A stretch of 64,000 bases of DNA from an uncultured Acidobacteriota bacterium (GCA_963764715.1 CAVXTP010000014.1:181378-245377); one strand, 5' to 3'; shown: positions 1 through 9,657, counted from the stretch's first letter. Made by a program: numbers and translations. The notes: generated from the sequence alone by a model not told the origin.

Positions 1-654
1 GACCTCGGAAACTACCGGAGCCTCATCTCGCAGCCCGAGCGGCTCCAGCCGATCGCCAACTCGCTGTGGATGGCCGCGGTGGCCACCGCCCTCGCGCTCG
101 TCCTCGGCTTCGCCGCCGCGTACGCCGGCGTGCGCAAAGGCGGCCGCGCGGGCGCGGCGCTCGAGTGGCTGGTCGCGGCGCCGTGGGCCCTGCCTGGCAC
201 GGTCTTCGCGGTCGCGCTCGCCGCGGCTTTCAGCGTCCACCAGCCCTGGGCGGCGCGCTTCGTCCTCGTGGGGACCGCGGCGATCCTGCCGCTCGGATAC
301 CTCGTGCGGAGCCTTCCCCTCACGGGGCGGGCCGCGTTCGCGGGCCTGCGGCAGCTCGATCCCGCGATCGAGGAAGCCGCGGCGTCCCTGGGCGCCTCCG
401 CGGGGCGGCGGCTCGTGCGCGTCGTGCTGCCCCACCTGCGGCCGGCGCTGCTCGCCGGCGCGAGCCTCGCGTTCCTCTCGGCGCTCGGCGACTTCGTCGT
501 TTCGATCGTCCTGTACACCTATTCCACCCGGCCCATCTCGATCGAGATCCTCTCGGACCTCCGGCTCCAGGAGATCGGGGCCGCGGCGGCGTATGGAGTG
601 CTGCTGACCGCGCTCTCGGCCGCGGCGTTCCTCGCGTGGGGTCGTCGGGCCTGA
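1..654 (+). CDS. ABC transporter permease, FbpB/ThiP-like (5' part outside window)
   Basis: Frame open from base 1 (DLGNYRSL...); EAA loop (IEEAAASLGAS), PWALPG motif, several TM segments. Confidence 0.85.
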   Translation, partial: DLGNYRSLISQPERLQPIANSLWMAAVATALALVLGFAAAYAGVRKGGRAGAALEWLVAAPWALPGTVFAVALAAAFSVHQPWAARFVLVGTAAILPLGYLVRSLPLTGRAAFAGLRQLDPAIEEAAASLGASAGRRLVRVVLPHLRPALLAGASLAFLSALGDFVVSIVLYTYSTRPISIEILSDLRLQEIGAAAAYGVLLTALSAAAFLAWGRRA

Positions 655-660
655 GCCCCG

Positions 661-2187
661 TCAGGGGCCCGGCCGCGTGACGATCCGGGTGCCCGGGGGC
701 GTGTCGGCGGCGCGCGGGATCGCGACGTAGGCGAACCCGTTCGCCTTGACCGCGGACGCGGCGCCGGGGTTGGCGACCGTCACGGCGACGAGGCCGCTGT
801 CGCCGGGCGGGGTCACCGCGGTCAGGCGCGTCGGCGAGACGACGGACACGGCCTTCGCCGGCTTCGTCCCGAAGAGCACCGTGGTCGCGCCCGTGAAGTT
901 GGCGCCCGTGATCGTGACGGTGTCGCTCCCCCGCTCGTAGCCGGTCGCGGGGGTGATCGCGGCGATGACCGGCGTCTGCGGCACCGGCCCGTCGACGCGG
1001 TAGACGAAACCCGCGCCCGTCCCGACGTAGAGCTCGCCGGCGGAGTCCTCGCCGAACGTCGTCGGGTTGTCGACGGAGATCGGGAGAAGCTCCGCCGTGA
1101 ACGCTCCGCCGCCCGCCGGCCGGGCGCCGAAGAACTCGCCCGAGCAATAGTCGGCAAAGAGATACGTGCCGTAGAGGTCGGGAATCGCGAGGCCCCGGTA
1201 GACGTAGCCTCCCGTGACCGAGCAGCGCCCCACGTCGTGGCCGTACTCGAGGATCGGCGCCGTGAAGCTCGGCGAGAAGCAGGCCGGCGTGCTCGGGGGG
1301 CAGCTCGCCGTGTTGCCGGTGCAGAGCGTTCCCTCCATGATCTTCCAGCCGTAGTTGGCTCCGGCGCCGGAGCCCGCGGCCTGGAAGTCGATCTCCTCCC
1401 GTAGCCCCTGGCCGACGTCGCCGATGAAGAGGTCGTCCGTCAGGCGGTCGAACGAGAACCGCCACGGGTTGCGCAGGCCGATCGCCCAGGCCTCGTCCGG
1501 CCCGCCCGCCCCGACGAACGGGTTGCCGGCGGGAATGGCGTACCACGGCGGGTTGGCGATGCTCGGGTCGACGTCGAGGCGCAGGAGCTTTCCGAGGAGG
1601 TCCTGCCGTCCCGGCTGCGGGTCGAGGCGCTGCGCGTGGCAGTCCGGATCGTTGGCCGAGCCCCCGTCGCCCATGCCGACGTACAGGTCTCCGTCGGGGC
1701 CGAACTGCAGTTGTCCCCCGTTGTGGTTCGCGAACGGCTGGTCGATCGTCAGGAGGATCTTCGCGCTGAACGGGTCCGCCACGTTGCGGTCGCCCGAGAC
1801 CGAGTACCGCGCGATCACCGTGTCGCCCGACAGGTTCGTGTAGTCGACGAAGAAGAGGCCGTTCGCGGCGTAGTTCGGGTGGAACGCGGTCGAGAGCAGC
1901 CCCTGCTCGCCGCAGCACACGACGAGGTCCGACAGGTCGAGGAACGGCGTCGCGAGCACCTGGGCGCCGTCCCAGACGACGATCTGGCCGCGCTGGAGGG
2001 TGAGGAAGAGCCGCCCGTCGCCGGCATTGGTGATGGCGGTGACTCCCGTCAGCGGGCCCGCGACCTGCGTCAGGTGGATGGCCGGAGCCGCCGCCGCCTT
2101 CTCGACGCGTTCGGCGCGCGGCACGGAAGTCGGGGACACGGCCCACGCGATCCCGAGAAGAGCCGCGGCGAGGATCGGCGGACGCAC
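661..2187 (-). CDS. Secreted PQQ-dependent sugar (glucose/sorbosone) dehydrogenase-family beta-propeller with C-terminal IPT/TIG domain
   Basis: Motifs EQGLLS, NHNGGQLQFGPDG, GLRNPWRFSFD, NYGW; signal peptide from GTG at 2187; C-terminal ITPATG..VTITGANF is IPT-like. Confidence 0.85.
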   Translation of the reverse strand: MRPPILAAALLGIAWAVSPTSVPRAERVEKAAAAPAIHLTQVAGPLTGVTAITNAGDGRLFLTLQRGQIVVWDGAQVLATPFLDLSDLVVCCGEQGLLSTAFHPNYAANGLFFVDYTNLSGDTVIARYSVSGDRNVADPFSAKILLTIDQPFANHNGGQLQFGPDGDLYVGMGDGGSANDPDCHAQRLDPQPGRQDLLGKLLRLDVDPSIANPPWYAIPAGNPFVGAGGPDEAWAIGLRNPWRFSFDRLTDDLFIGDVGQGLREEIDFQAAGSGAGANYGWKIMEGTLCTGNTASCPPSTPACFSPSFTAPILEYGHDVGRCSVTGGYVYRGLAIPDLYGTYLFADYCSGEFFGARPAGGGAFTAELLPISVDNPTTFGEDSAGELYVGTGAGFVYRVDGPVPQTPVIAAITPATGYERGSDTVTITGANFTGATTVLFGTKPAKAVSVVSPTRLTAVTPPGDSGLVAVTVANPGAASAVKANGFAYVAIPRAADTPPGTRIVTRPGP

Positions 2188-2234
2188 CCGCCGATGATAC
2201 GGCAGCGGTCCCCGGCGCGGATGTCTCCGGCGGG

Positions 2235-3044
2235 CTACAGCTCCATCACGCTGTCGAGGCCTCGCTTCAGGCCGGTGAAGCTTCCGACGCGCCGGATCGC
2301 GAGGAGCGTTCCGGCGATGTAAGGCTGGGCGCCGGATCCGGAATCGTGGCGAATCGAGAGGCGCTCGTCGGGCAGGCCGAAGAGGACCTCGATCGACGAG
2401 ACGAAGCCGGGAAGCCGGACCGAGTGGACGGGCGTTCCGGACAGAGACGCCCCGCGCGCCTCGGGCTCGCCGAGCGTCTTCTCGGCGGGCACCGCGATCT
2501 CCGGGCGCCGCACGCGCGACAGGCGGCGGGCGAGCTCGCGGGCCGTGCCCGACGGAGCGTCGGGCTTGGACGCCCGCGCGTACTCGATGACCTCCCACTG
2601 CGGGATGAGCCGGGCCGCCATCTCCGCGAAGCGCTGCAGCAGCACCGCCGTGAGCGCGAAGTTGCCGGCCGCGAGCACGCCCACGCCGCGCGCCTTCGCT
2701 GCGTCGTCGATCGCGGCGTACTCGGCGTCGGTCAGGCCCGAGCTCCCGACGACGACGTGGACGCCCCGGGCGATCGCCGCGTGGACATGGTCCCGGACCC
2801 AGGCGGCGCTCGTGTAGTCGACGAACACGTCCGCGCCGGCCTCGAGGGCTTCGGCCGCCGTCGAGCGCACGACGACCGGGGGCAACGACGGATCCCCGAG
2901 GGCCTCCGCGAGGGTCCGGCCGGCCGCTCCCCGCGCCGCCGCACCGGCGAGCTCCAGGTCCGGCGCCGCCGCGATCGCCGGCGCGAGGCCGCGCCCGACC
3001 CAGCCGGTCGCCCCGGCGAGGCAGACGCGAATGCGGCCGCTCAA
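2235..3044 (-). CDS. dapB: 4-hydroxy-tetrahydrodipicolinate reductase
   Basis: GATGWVG Rossmann motif, DVFVDYT, VVGSSG, KPDAPSGTA, HSVRLPG. Confidence 0.9.
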   Translation of the reverse strand: MSGRIRVCLAGATGWVGRGLAPAIAAAPDLELAGAAARGAAGRTLAEALGDPSLPPVVVRSTAAEALEAGADVFVDYTSAAWVRDHVHAAIARGVHVVVGSSGLTDAEYAAIDDAAKARGVGVLAAGNFALTAVLLQRFAEMAARLIPQWEVIEYARASKPDAPSGTARELARRLSRVRRPEIAVPAEKTLGEPEARGASLSGTPVHSVRLPGFVSSIEVLFGLPDERLSIRHDSGSGAQPYIAGTLLAIRRVGSFTGLKRGLDSVMEL

Positions 3045-4354
3045 CGCGCGGCCGGCGCCCCGCCGAGGGGCAGCTTCAGGATGACGGCATCCTGCATCGC
3101 CTCGGGCGTGATGGGCTTTTTCTCGTTCTGGAACTTGCCGCCCTGGCTGTTGGCGGTGAAGTAGAGGGCGCCTTCGGCCGCGACGCCGAGGGTCGGCTCG
3201 TCGAAGTCGGGATGGTTCATGACGAGGATCTTAGCCCCGGCGATCGTCGTCCCGTCGGCCGAGAGCTCGAGCCGCGTCACCCGGTTCGGCTCGACGCCGT
3301 TCTGGATGCCGTAGAGGCTCCCGGCGGCGTACACGAGGCCGTCGATGCCGTTCAAGGCGGCGTCCGGCGGTACCGGAAGCGGGGTGAGGCGCTTCGAGAC
3401 GAGGTCGACGCGATAGAGCGACGTGTAGTCGGAGACGTACAGCGTCCTGCCGTCCGGCGCGACCGCCATGCCCTGCGTCCCGCGAAAGGCGTCGGACTCG
3501 AGGAAGAGCTCGATCGAGCCCGCCCCGGGGGCGAGCGTCCAGATCCGCGGGTTGCGGCCGTCGTTGAGGAACACGCGGCCGTCCGGGCCGAGGGCGAGAT
3601 CGTCGAAGGCCGCGGGCGGGTCGGAGGCCGGCGAACGGTACTCGCGGCGCAGCCGCCCGGTGTCGAGGTCGAACTCGAAGAGCGCGCTCGCGGGCGGATC
3701 GCCCTTCTTGAACCCCTCCATGTGCGGCATCGCCTCGCTCGCGACCCAGAGCGACCGGCGCCTCGGGTCCGCGGCGATCCCGCAGGCCGAGCGCAGGCCT
3801 CCCTCCGCCGGCGGGACGAAGTCGGAGACCTTCCCGCTCGCGTCGACCCGCACGATCTTGCGCTTGCGGATCGAGGAGACGAAGAACGACTTCGTCTTCG
3901 GGTCGTACGCCACGCCCTCGGGGACGAGCCCCTTCTCGTGGATCGTGAACGCCGTGACGACGCCGGAGGAGATCTTCTGCGCGCGGAGGGCCGCCATCTG
4001 GTCGCGGACCTTCCGGTAACCGTCGGACGTCCGGATCGAATCGAAGTCGGTGTCAGAGTCGAGATCCGCCACGGCCCCGCGCGCGGCGATCCCCTGGAGC
4101 GACTTCACGGCCGCGTCGGTCTGGCCGTTGAGGGCCTGGCCGCACGCCAGGTTGTAGAGCACGTAGACGTCGCCCGGCCGCCGCGCGGCGATCTCCTCCG
4201 TGAGGCGCAGGAACCCGGCCTTGTCTCCGGCGTCGTAGGCCGCCCGGGCCTCGCGGGCGAGAGCAGCCGTGGACTTTTGCGGCGGCGCGGGCGTGGGCTG
4301 CGGGGCGACGGCGACGGCGAACAGGGCCGCCGCCAGGACGAAGACGAGGTGCAT
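3041..4354 (-). CDS. Secreted SMP-30/gluconolactonase-like beta-propeller with N-terminal TPR-like segment
   Basis: Signal peptide MHLVFVLAAALF after a GAGGAG SD; YNLAC TPR-like motif; PEGVAYD, GIDGL, GIQNG propeller motifs. Confidence 0.75.
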   Translation of the reverse strand: MHLVFVLAAALFAVAVAPQPTPAPPQKSTAALAREARAAYDAGDKAGFLRLTEEIAARRPGDVYVLYNLACGQALNGQTDAAVKSLQGIAARGAVADLDSDTDFDSIRTSDGYRKVRDQMAALRAQKISSGVVTAFTIHEKGLVPEGVAYDPKTKSFFVSSIRKRKIVRVDASGKVSDFVPPAEGGLRSACGIAADPRRRSLWVASEAMPHMEGFKKGDPPASALFEFDLDTGRLRREYRSPASDPPAAFDDLALGPDGRVFLNDGRNPRIWTLAPGAGSIELFLESDAFRGTQGMAVAPDGRTLYVSDYTSLYRVDLVSKRLTPLPVPPDAALNGIDGLVYAAGSLYGIQNGVEPNRVTRLELSADGTTIAGAKILVMNHPDFDEPTLGVAAEGALYFTANSQGGKFQNEKKPITPEAMQDAVILKLPLGGAPAAR

Positions 4355-4422
4355 GGGTGGAACTCCTCTGCGGCGTTTACGCAGGGCAAAGCCCAGAGTT
4401 TCCCGAGAATCGGACCGCCGGC

Positions 4423-5079
4423 CTAGGGCAGGACGGCGTAGGCGCGGACGGAGAAGCTGCCGAGACCGCGAAACGGCGCCGGGACACAGTGGACCTTGAA
4501 TCCCGACTCCGGCAGCTCGCCGAGATTGCAGAGGTGCTCCACGATCGGAATGCCGGCGGAGAGCAGCAGCGTGTGGGCCGGGCGCACGCCGTCGCCCGTG
4601 TCGTCGATGTTGAGCGAGTCGATGCCGACGAGGGCCGGGCCCGCGCCGGCGAGGTGCTCCGCGGCGGCCCGCGTCAGGTAGGGATGACCTTCGGCGTAGC
4701 GGGGCGTGCGCCAGTGCGCGTCCCATCCCGTCCGCACGAGCACCGCGCGGCCGGCGAGGTCATGGCCCGCGAAGAGCTCCTGGTCGAGCGCGCGTCCCTT
4801 TCCCGAGGCGTCGATGACGAGGCCGGGCAGGTCCGCGAGCCGGTCGAGCGGGAGCGAGCCGACGTCCTTGCCGTGCGCGAAGCGGTGGAACGGGGCGTCG
4901 AGATACGTTCCGGTGTTCGCCACCATGCGGACACGGGCGATGTGAAACGTCGTGCCTCCCGCGTAGTGACCGCGCGAAGCCTCGCGCCCCAGGAAGTCGG
5001 AGATCACGGGTCCCGGGAGCCCCGGGTACGTGATCATGCCGTGCTCGATCGCGTGGGACAGGTCGACGAGGCGCCCCAT
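4423..5079 (-). CDS. Cyclase-family (kynurenine formamidase-like) metal hydrolase
   Basis: DLSH, NTGTYLDAPFH, LVRTGW, GIDSLNID, IVEHLCNL. Confidence 0.85.
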   Translation of the reverse strand: MGRLVDLSHAIEHGMITYPGLPGPVISDFLGREASRGHYAGGTTFHIARVRMVANTGTYLDAPFHRFAHGKDVGSLPLDRLADLPGLVIDASGKGRALDQELFAGHDLAGRAVLVRTGWDAHWRTPRYAEGHPYLTRAAAEHLAGAGPALVGIDSLNIDDTGDGVRPAHTLLLSAGIPIVEHLCNLGELPESGFKVHCVPAPFRGLGSFSVRAYAVLP

Positions 5080-5109
5080 GGGCCGGAGAGGCTATCAAAA
5101 GAGGGAACC

Positions 5110-5169
5110 GACCGCAGACCGCGGTCCGCTCACTGCTTACGGCTTACGGCTTACGGCTTACCGCTTCCG
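5110..5169. repeat. Short heptamer tandem repeat, (GCTTACG)x3 with degenerate flanking units
   Basis: GCTTACG at 5135, 5142 and 5149, then GCTTACC and GCTTCCG; GACCGCA/GACCGCG upstream. Confidence 0.75.
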
Positions 5170-5655
5170 CCAGAGTCTCTTCAACAACTGAATCTGCCCC
5201 GTGTGGTACACGTCGTGGGATGCGACACCATAGAGAAGCCGCGCCGTCGTCGAGCGGCTGCCTCGCGGCTTCCGGGCGAGCGCCGCGGGCCGGAGCTTCG
5301 CGACCGCCTCCATGAGCCGCCGGTGCTCGGCGTCGAGGCGCGCAACGTCCGCCTTCCATGCCCGTGCGTCGGCGGGGCTCCCGGCGGAGCGAGCGAACCA
5401 GTTGCTCCCCTTCTCGGCGAAGGTGCCCCGCTTCTCCCCCGTCAGCATCCGCCGCACGGCGTACTTCCAGTACGCGGCGTGAACGACGACCTCCCAGATG
5501 CTGTGTCGGCCGGGCGCGGGACGCCAGGAGGCCTCCGCCGCCGTCACGCCGCGGAGGCTGCCGCGCAGGTTGGGTCCCTGCCAGGCCTTCTTCTCGTAGG
5601 ACACTTCCAGGAGTACGGTCAGCAGGCCGATCTCCCGGCCCCGCGGCGCCGTCAC
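5158..5655 (-). CDS. DinB-family protein
   Basis: AWQGP, HSIWEVVVH, HDVYHTGQI histidine pattern. Confidence 0.85.
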   Translation of the reverse strand: MTAPRGREIGLLTVLLEVSYEKKAWQGPNLRGSLRGVTAAEASWRPAPGRHSIWEVVVHAAYWKYAVRRMLTGEKRGTFAEKGSNWFARSAGSPADARAWKADVARLDAEHRRLMEAVAKLRPAALARKPRGSRSTTARLLYGVASHDVYHTGQIQLLKRLWRKR

Positions 5656-6014
5656 AGCTCTTCGGCGGCGAACCGCACGCGCGAGAGCCCCTCGTCCGCG
5701 CCGGCCCCGGACCGGCTCGCCGCGACCTCGTAGTGGGTCACGTTCGGCTCCTTGCCGAGGAGGAAGCGGTCGTCCTCCGGGTAGTAATAGGCCTTCTCGG
5801 GATCGGCTCCGGCGAAACGGCGGATCGCGTCGAAGTCCCGCCAGAAAGAGATGAGGATGAACTCGGCCGCACCGTTCTCGACGCGGCGCAGCGCGAGCAC
5901 GCCCTCGTTGCCGGGCGTCGCCTTGTAGTCCGGGAGGCCCGAGCGCTCCAGGAACGCCATGTACTCGTCCGCGTCCGAGGCCCGCGTGTGTCCCCGCCAG
6001 ATTCTCGCGATCAT
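5652..6014 (-). CDS. Antibiotic-biosynthesis-monooxygenase-like (dimeric alpha+beta barrel) protein
   Basis: MIARIWRG..PGN.G..FAG.D.EKAYYYPED family pattern; 4-nt overlaps with both neighbours. Confidence 0.75.
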   Translation of the reverse strand: MIARIWRGHTRASDADEYMAFLERSGLPDYKATPGNEGVLALRRVENGAAEFILISFWRDFDAIRRFAGADPEKAYYYPEDDRFLLGKEPNVTHYEVAASRSGAGADEGLSRVRFAAEEL

Positions 6015-6988
6015 GATGCCCTCCCGGCTCGCCGCGGCTCGGACGCCGCCTCCAGAGCCACTTCCTTCTGCACCTTCCGCCCTCCGTACCGGATGATCAC
6101 CGCCACCGAGCCGACGATCGCGAGCGCCGCGATCACGGTCCGCGCCGTCACCCCCTCGCCCGCGAGCGCCCAGCCGAGAAACACGGCGACGACCGGGTTG
6201 ACGTACGCGTACGTCGAAACCCGGGCCGGCGTCGTCGCGCCGAGCAGAAAGATATACGCCGTGAAACCGAGCAGCGAGCCCGCCACGATCAGATAGAGGA
6301 GCGCGACGAGCGATCGGCCGGACACGGCGGCGATCGAGAAGCCCCGCCACTCGCCGACGAGCGTCGAAGCGCCGAAGAGGATCGCGCCGCCGGCGATCAT
6401 CTCCATGGCCGTCGCCATGAGCGTCGAGGCCGGCAGCTTCGCCCGGCGCGCGTACAGCGAACCCGTCGCCCAGAACAGCGACGCGAGCATCAGGGCGCCG
6501 GCCCCGAGGAGGTCCACGTGGGCGCCGCCGGCGAACCGGCCCGGGACGACGAGAAACGCGAGGCCCGCCAGGCCGGCAGCGAGCCCGGCGAGCACGACGC
6601 CGTGCGGCCTCCGGCGGTTCTGGATCCCGTCGAGAAGCGTCATCCAGATCGGCACGCAGGCGACGATCAGGGCCGCGAGCCCCGAGGGCACACGCTGTTC
6701 GGCCCAGCTCACGAGCCCGTTGCCGCCGAGGAGCATCAGCCCGCCGATCGCGGCGGCCGGTCCCCAGTGCTGCCGCTCCGGCCCGGGCGTGCCGCGCAGG
6801 CGCAGCCAGCCGAAGAGCAGGAGACCCGCCGTCAGGTGGCGCAGGCCCGCCATCAGGAACGGAGGGATCGTCTCGACGCCGAAGCGGATCGCCAGGTACG
6901 TCGAGCCCCAGAGCACGTAGACCGCGGCGAAGGCGACGACGAGCTGCCCGCGCGTGACCGGCCGGCGGAAGGCGCCCGAATCAGGCAT
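6011..6988 (-). CDS. EamA/DMT permease (YedA-like), copy 2
   Basis: VYVLWGSTYL, VPSGLAAL, TYAYVNPVVAV; about 10 TM segments. Confidence 0.9.
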   Translation of the reverse strand: MPDSGAFRRPVTRGQLVVAFAAVYVLWGSTYLAIRFGVETIPPFLMAGLRHLTAGLLLFGWLRLRGTPGPERQHWGPAAAIGGLMLLGGNGLVSWAEQRVPSGLAALIVACVPIWMTLLDGIQNRRRPHGVVLAGLAAGLAGLAFLVVPGRFAGGAHVDLLGAGALMLASLFWATGSLYARRAKLPASTLMATAMEMIAGGAILFGASTLVGEWRGFSIAAVSGRSLVALLYLIVAGSLLGFTAYIFLLGATTPARVSTYAYVNPVVAVFLGWALAGEGVTARTVIAALAIVGSVAVIIRYGGRKVQKEVALEAASEPRRAGRAS

Positions 6989-7967
6989 GCAGTGTCTCCG
7001 GCGCCTTGGCGCAGCCGAAACCCTCGTCGCCCGACGACGGCGCCGGCGCCTCGCCGCCGTGCCGGATGATCAGGACGACGGCGCCCACGATGACGGCGGC
7101 GGCGACGAACACGCGCGGCGTCAGGGGCTCGGCGGCGAACATCCAGCCGAGGAGCACGGCGACGATGGGATTGACGTAGGCGTACGTCGCGACGCGGGAC
7201 GCCGTCGCGACGCGAAGGAGCCAGAGGTACGCGCTGAAGCCGATGATCGAGCCGAAGACGAAGAGGTAGACGGTCGCGAGCACGGATTTCGACGAGACCG
7301 CCGCCGGATCGAAAGCGGCAAGCTCGCCGGCCGCGACGCCCGCGAGCGCGAGGAGCCCCCCGCCCGCGAGGAGGGTCGCGGCCGTCGCCATGACCGGAGA
7401 GGCGGGCAGCCGGGAGCCCCGCGAGAAGAGCGATCCGCCGGCCCAGGCGAACGTGCCGGCGACGAGGACGATGCAGGCACCGAGGTGGAACCGCTCGCCG
7501 CCGAACAGCGAGCCCGGCCCGACGAGGGCCAGCAGCCCCGCCGTGCCCAGGGCGAGGCCGGCGAGCACGTATCCCCGGGGTCGGCGCCGGTGAATCATCG
7601 ATTCGATCAACACGAAGGCGATCGGTTCGGTTGCAACGACGAGAGCGGCCACGCCGGACGGAATCCGCTCCTCGGCCCAGACGAGGCCGCCCGAGCCGCA
7701 GACGAAGAGGAGAAAACCCGTGACGGCGGCTCCGCCCCACTCCCGGCGCGTCGGCGCCGGGACCCGCCGGGCGCGCGCCCAGGCGTAGAGCAGTACCCCC
7801 GCGAGGAAGAAGCGCATGCCCTGCGTGAAGAACGGCGGCAGGGTCTCGATCGAGAACCGGATGCCGAGGTACGTCGATCCCCAGAGCACGTACACCGCGG
7901 CGAAGGCCGCCACGAGGGCGAGGCGCGAAGGGCTCTTCGCGGCGCGCGGCTCGGCCCGCTCAGACAC
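6981..7967 (-). CDS. EamA/DMT permease (YedA-like), copy 1
   Basis: VYVLWGSTYL, IPSGVAAL, TYAYVNPIVAV; GTG start overlapping the Lrp gene end. Confidence 0.9.
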   Translation of the reverse strand: MSERAEPRAAKSPSRLALVAAFAAVYVLWGSTYLGIRFSIETLPPFFTQGMRFFLAGVLLYAWARARRVPAPTRREWGGAAVTGFLLFVCGSGGLVWAEERIPSGVAALVVATEPIAFVLIESMIHRRRPRGYVLAGLALGTAGLLALVGPGSLFGGERFHLGACIVLVAGTFAWAGGSLFSRGSRLPASPVMATAATLLAGGGLLALAGVAAGELAAFDPAAVSSKSVLATVYLFVFGSIIGFSAYLWLLRVATASRVATYAYVNPIVAVLLGWMFAAEPLTPRVFVAAAVIVGAVVLIIRHGGEAPAPSSGDEGFGCAKAPETLHA

Positions 7968-8457
7968 GGACGGGCTCCTCGAACGCATTCGGCGGGTCGG
8001 GCGCTCCGATCGGAAGCTCGGCGGATTCCTTGACGGTCTCGAGGACGATCGTCGTCCGCGTCGACGTGATCGTTTCGATGGCGCCGAGCCGCTCGCGCAG
8101 CAGACGCCCGAGCGCGTCCGTGTCGGCGGCGCGGACCTTGACGAGGAAGCAATCCTCGCCGGCGACGTCATGCACTTCGAGAACTTCCGGGATCGCCGCG
8201 ACCCGGCGCGCGGTGTTGAGTTCGGCCCCCGGCTTTTCGTCGACGCGCACGAAGATGTAGGCGAGCAAGGAGAGCTCGACCGCCCGGGGATTGACGCGGG
8301 CGGCGTACCCTTCGATCACTCCGCGCTCTTCGAGCTTTCTGATCCGTTCGAAGACCGCCGATGGGGCGAGACCCACCTGCCGGGCAATCTCCGCGTTCGA
8401 CGTTCTTGCGTTTGACTGGAGGATGTTCAGGATAACTGCGTCAGTACCGTCGATCAT
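7960..8457 (-). CDS. Lrp/AsnC transcriptional regulator
   Basis: N-terminal HTH (ILNILQSNARTSNAEIARQVGL..ERIRKLE) and RAM domain (VAGEDCFLVKV). Confidence 0.93.
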   Translation of the reverse strand: MIDGTDAVILNILQSNARTSNAEIARQVGLAPSAVFERIRKLEERGVIEGYAARVNPRAVELSLLAYIFVRVDEKPGAELNTARRVAAIPEVLEVHDVAGEDCFLVKVRAADTDALGRLLRERLGAIETITSTRTTIVLETVKESAELPIGAPDPPNAFEEPVRV

Positions 8458-8556
8458 TCTGCGATCCTATCGAATACATAACCATTCGTCTACAAAGTCA
8501 GTAATGCAGGACTGACCCAATCGGGAATCTATATCCACCATGGATATACTAGGGCC
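8458..8556. promoter_or_regulatory. AT-rich divergent promoter region with -10-like hexamers 6 nt before each start codon
   Basis: TATACT at 8545-8550 (+) and TAGGAT at 8464-8469 (-); clearly AT-richer than the flanks. Confidence 0.6.
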
Positions 8557-9654
8557 ATGCGAAACACCGCTGCCGCACTTCTTTTCGCTCTCGCCGCCAT
8601 CGGCGGGGCTCAGCCGGCCGGACAGTGGGCGACCGGGACTCCGGAATCGGCGGGCCTGGACTCGGGACGCCTCGCGGAGATGGAACGAGCCATAACGGCC
8701 GGCGACTTTCAGAAGATCACGAGCGTCGCGATCGTTCGAGACGGGAAGCTCGTGTACGAGAAGTACTTCGCAGGCACCGGCGTGGAGACCCGCCACAACA
8801 CCCGGTCGGCGACGAAGACCGTCGCCGGAATGCTCGTCGGGATCGCGATCGACCGCGGCCTCCTGTCCGGAGTCGACGCTCCGGTCCTCCCCTTCTTCCC
8901 CGACCGTCAGCCCCTCGCCAACCCCGATCCGCGCAAGCCGAAGATCACGGTCGAAGATTTCCTCACCATGAGCTCCCTCCTCGAGTGCGACGACGAGAAC
9001 CAGTACTCGCGCGGCAACGAGGAACGGATGTACCTGGTCGAGGACTGGGTGAAGTTCACGCTCGACCTGCCGATCCGCGGCTTCCCCGCCTGGGTGCCGA
9101 AGCCGAAGGACTCTCCCTACGGCCGCAGCTTCAGTTACTGCACGGCCGGCGTCGCCACGCTCGGCTCCCTGCTCGAGCGAGCGGCGAAGCGGCCGGTCCC
9201 GGACTTCGCCGCCGAGACGCTCTTTGCGCCCCTCGGCATCGAGAAGCCCGAGTGGCAGTTTTCGCCTCTCGGCACGGCCATGACCGGAGGCGGGCTCGGG
9301 CTGCGCACCCGCGACCTCGCGGCGCTCGGCCGGCTCTACCTCGACGGCGGGACCTGGAACGGGAAGCGCGTCGTGCCGGCAGCCTGGGTCGAGCGCTCGG
9401 TCGCCCCCCACGCCTCCGTCGACGACACCACGGAGTACGGCTATCTCTGGTGGCTCCGGACGCTCACCCGCGAGGGTAAGACGGTCCGGACCTGGATGAT
9501 GCAGGGAAGCGGCGGCAACAAGGTCGTCGTCGTCCCGTCGCTTCGCCTCGTCTGCGTGATCACGACGACGAACTTTCGCGTCCGCGATTCGCACGCCCTG
9601 TCGGACCGGCTTCTCACCGACATCGTGCTGGCGGCCGCGGGGACCGGACCCTAG
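8557..9654 (+). CDS. Secreted serine hydrolase, beta-lactamase-related (class C / NylB-like) family
   Basis: SxxK (RSATK), FLTMSS, FSYCT, YGYLWW, GSGGN; signal peptide. Confidence 0.85.
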   Translation: MRNTAAALLFALAAIGGAQPAGQWATGTPESAGLDSGRLAEMERAITAGDFQKITSVAIVRDGKLVYEKYFAGTGVETRHNTRSATKTVAGMLVGIAIDRGLLSGVDAPVLPFFPDRQPLANPDPRKPKITVEDFLTMSSLLECDDENQYSRGNEERMYLVEDWVKFTLDLPIRGFPAWVPKPKDSPYGRSFSYCTAGVATLGSLLERAAKRPVPDFAAETLFAPLGIEKPEWQFSPLGTAMTGGGLGLRTRDLAALGRLYLDGGTWNGKRVVPAAWVERSVAPHASVDDTTEYGYLWWLRTLTREGKTVRTWMMQGSGGNKVVVVPSLRLVCVITTTNFRVRDSHALSDRLLTDIVLAAAGTGP

Positions 9655-9657
9655 GGC

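Noticed and set aside
8557-9654. Antibiotic-resistance beta-lactamase
   Set aside because: The motifs fit the broad esterase/amidase serine-hydrolase family; the KTG triad of true class C enzymes is not evident.
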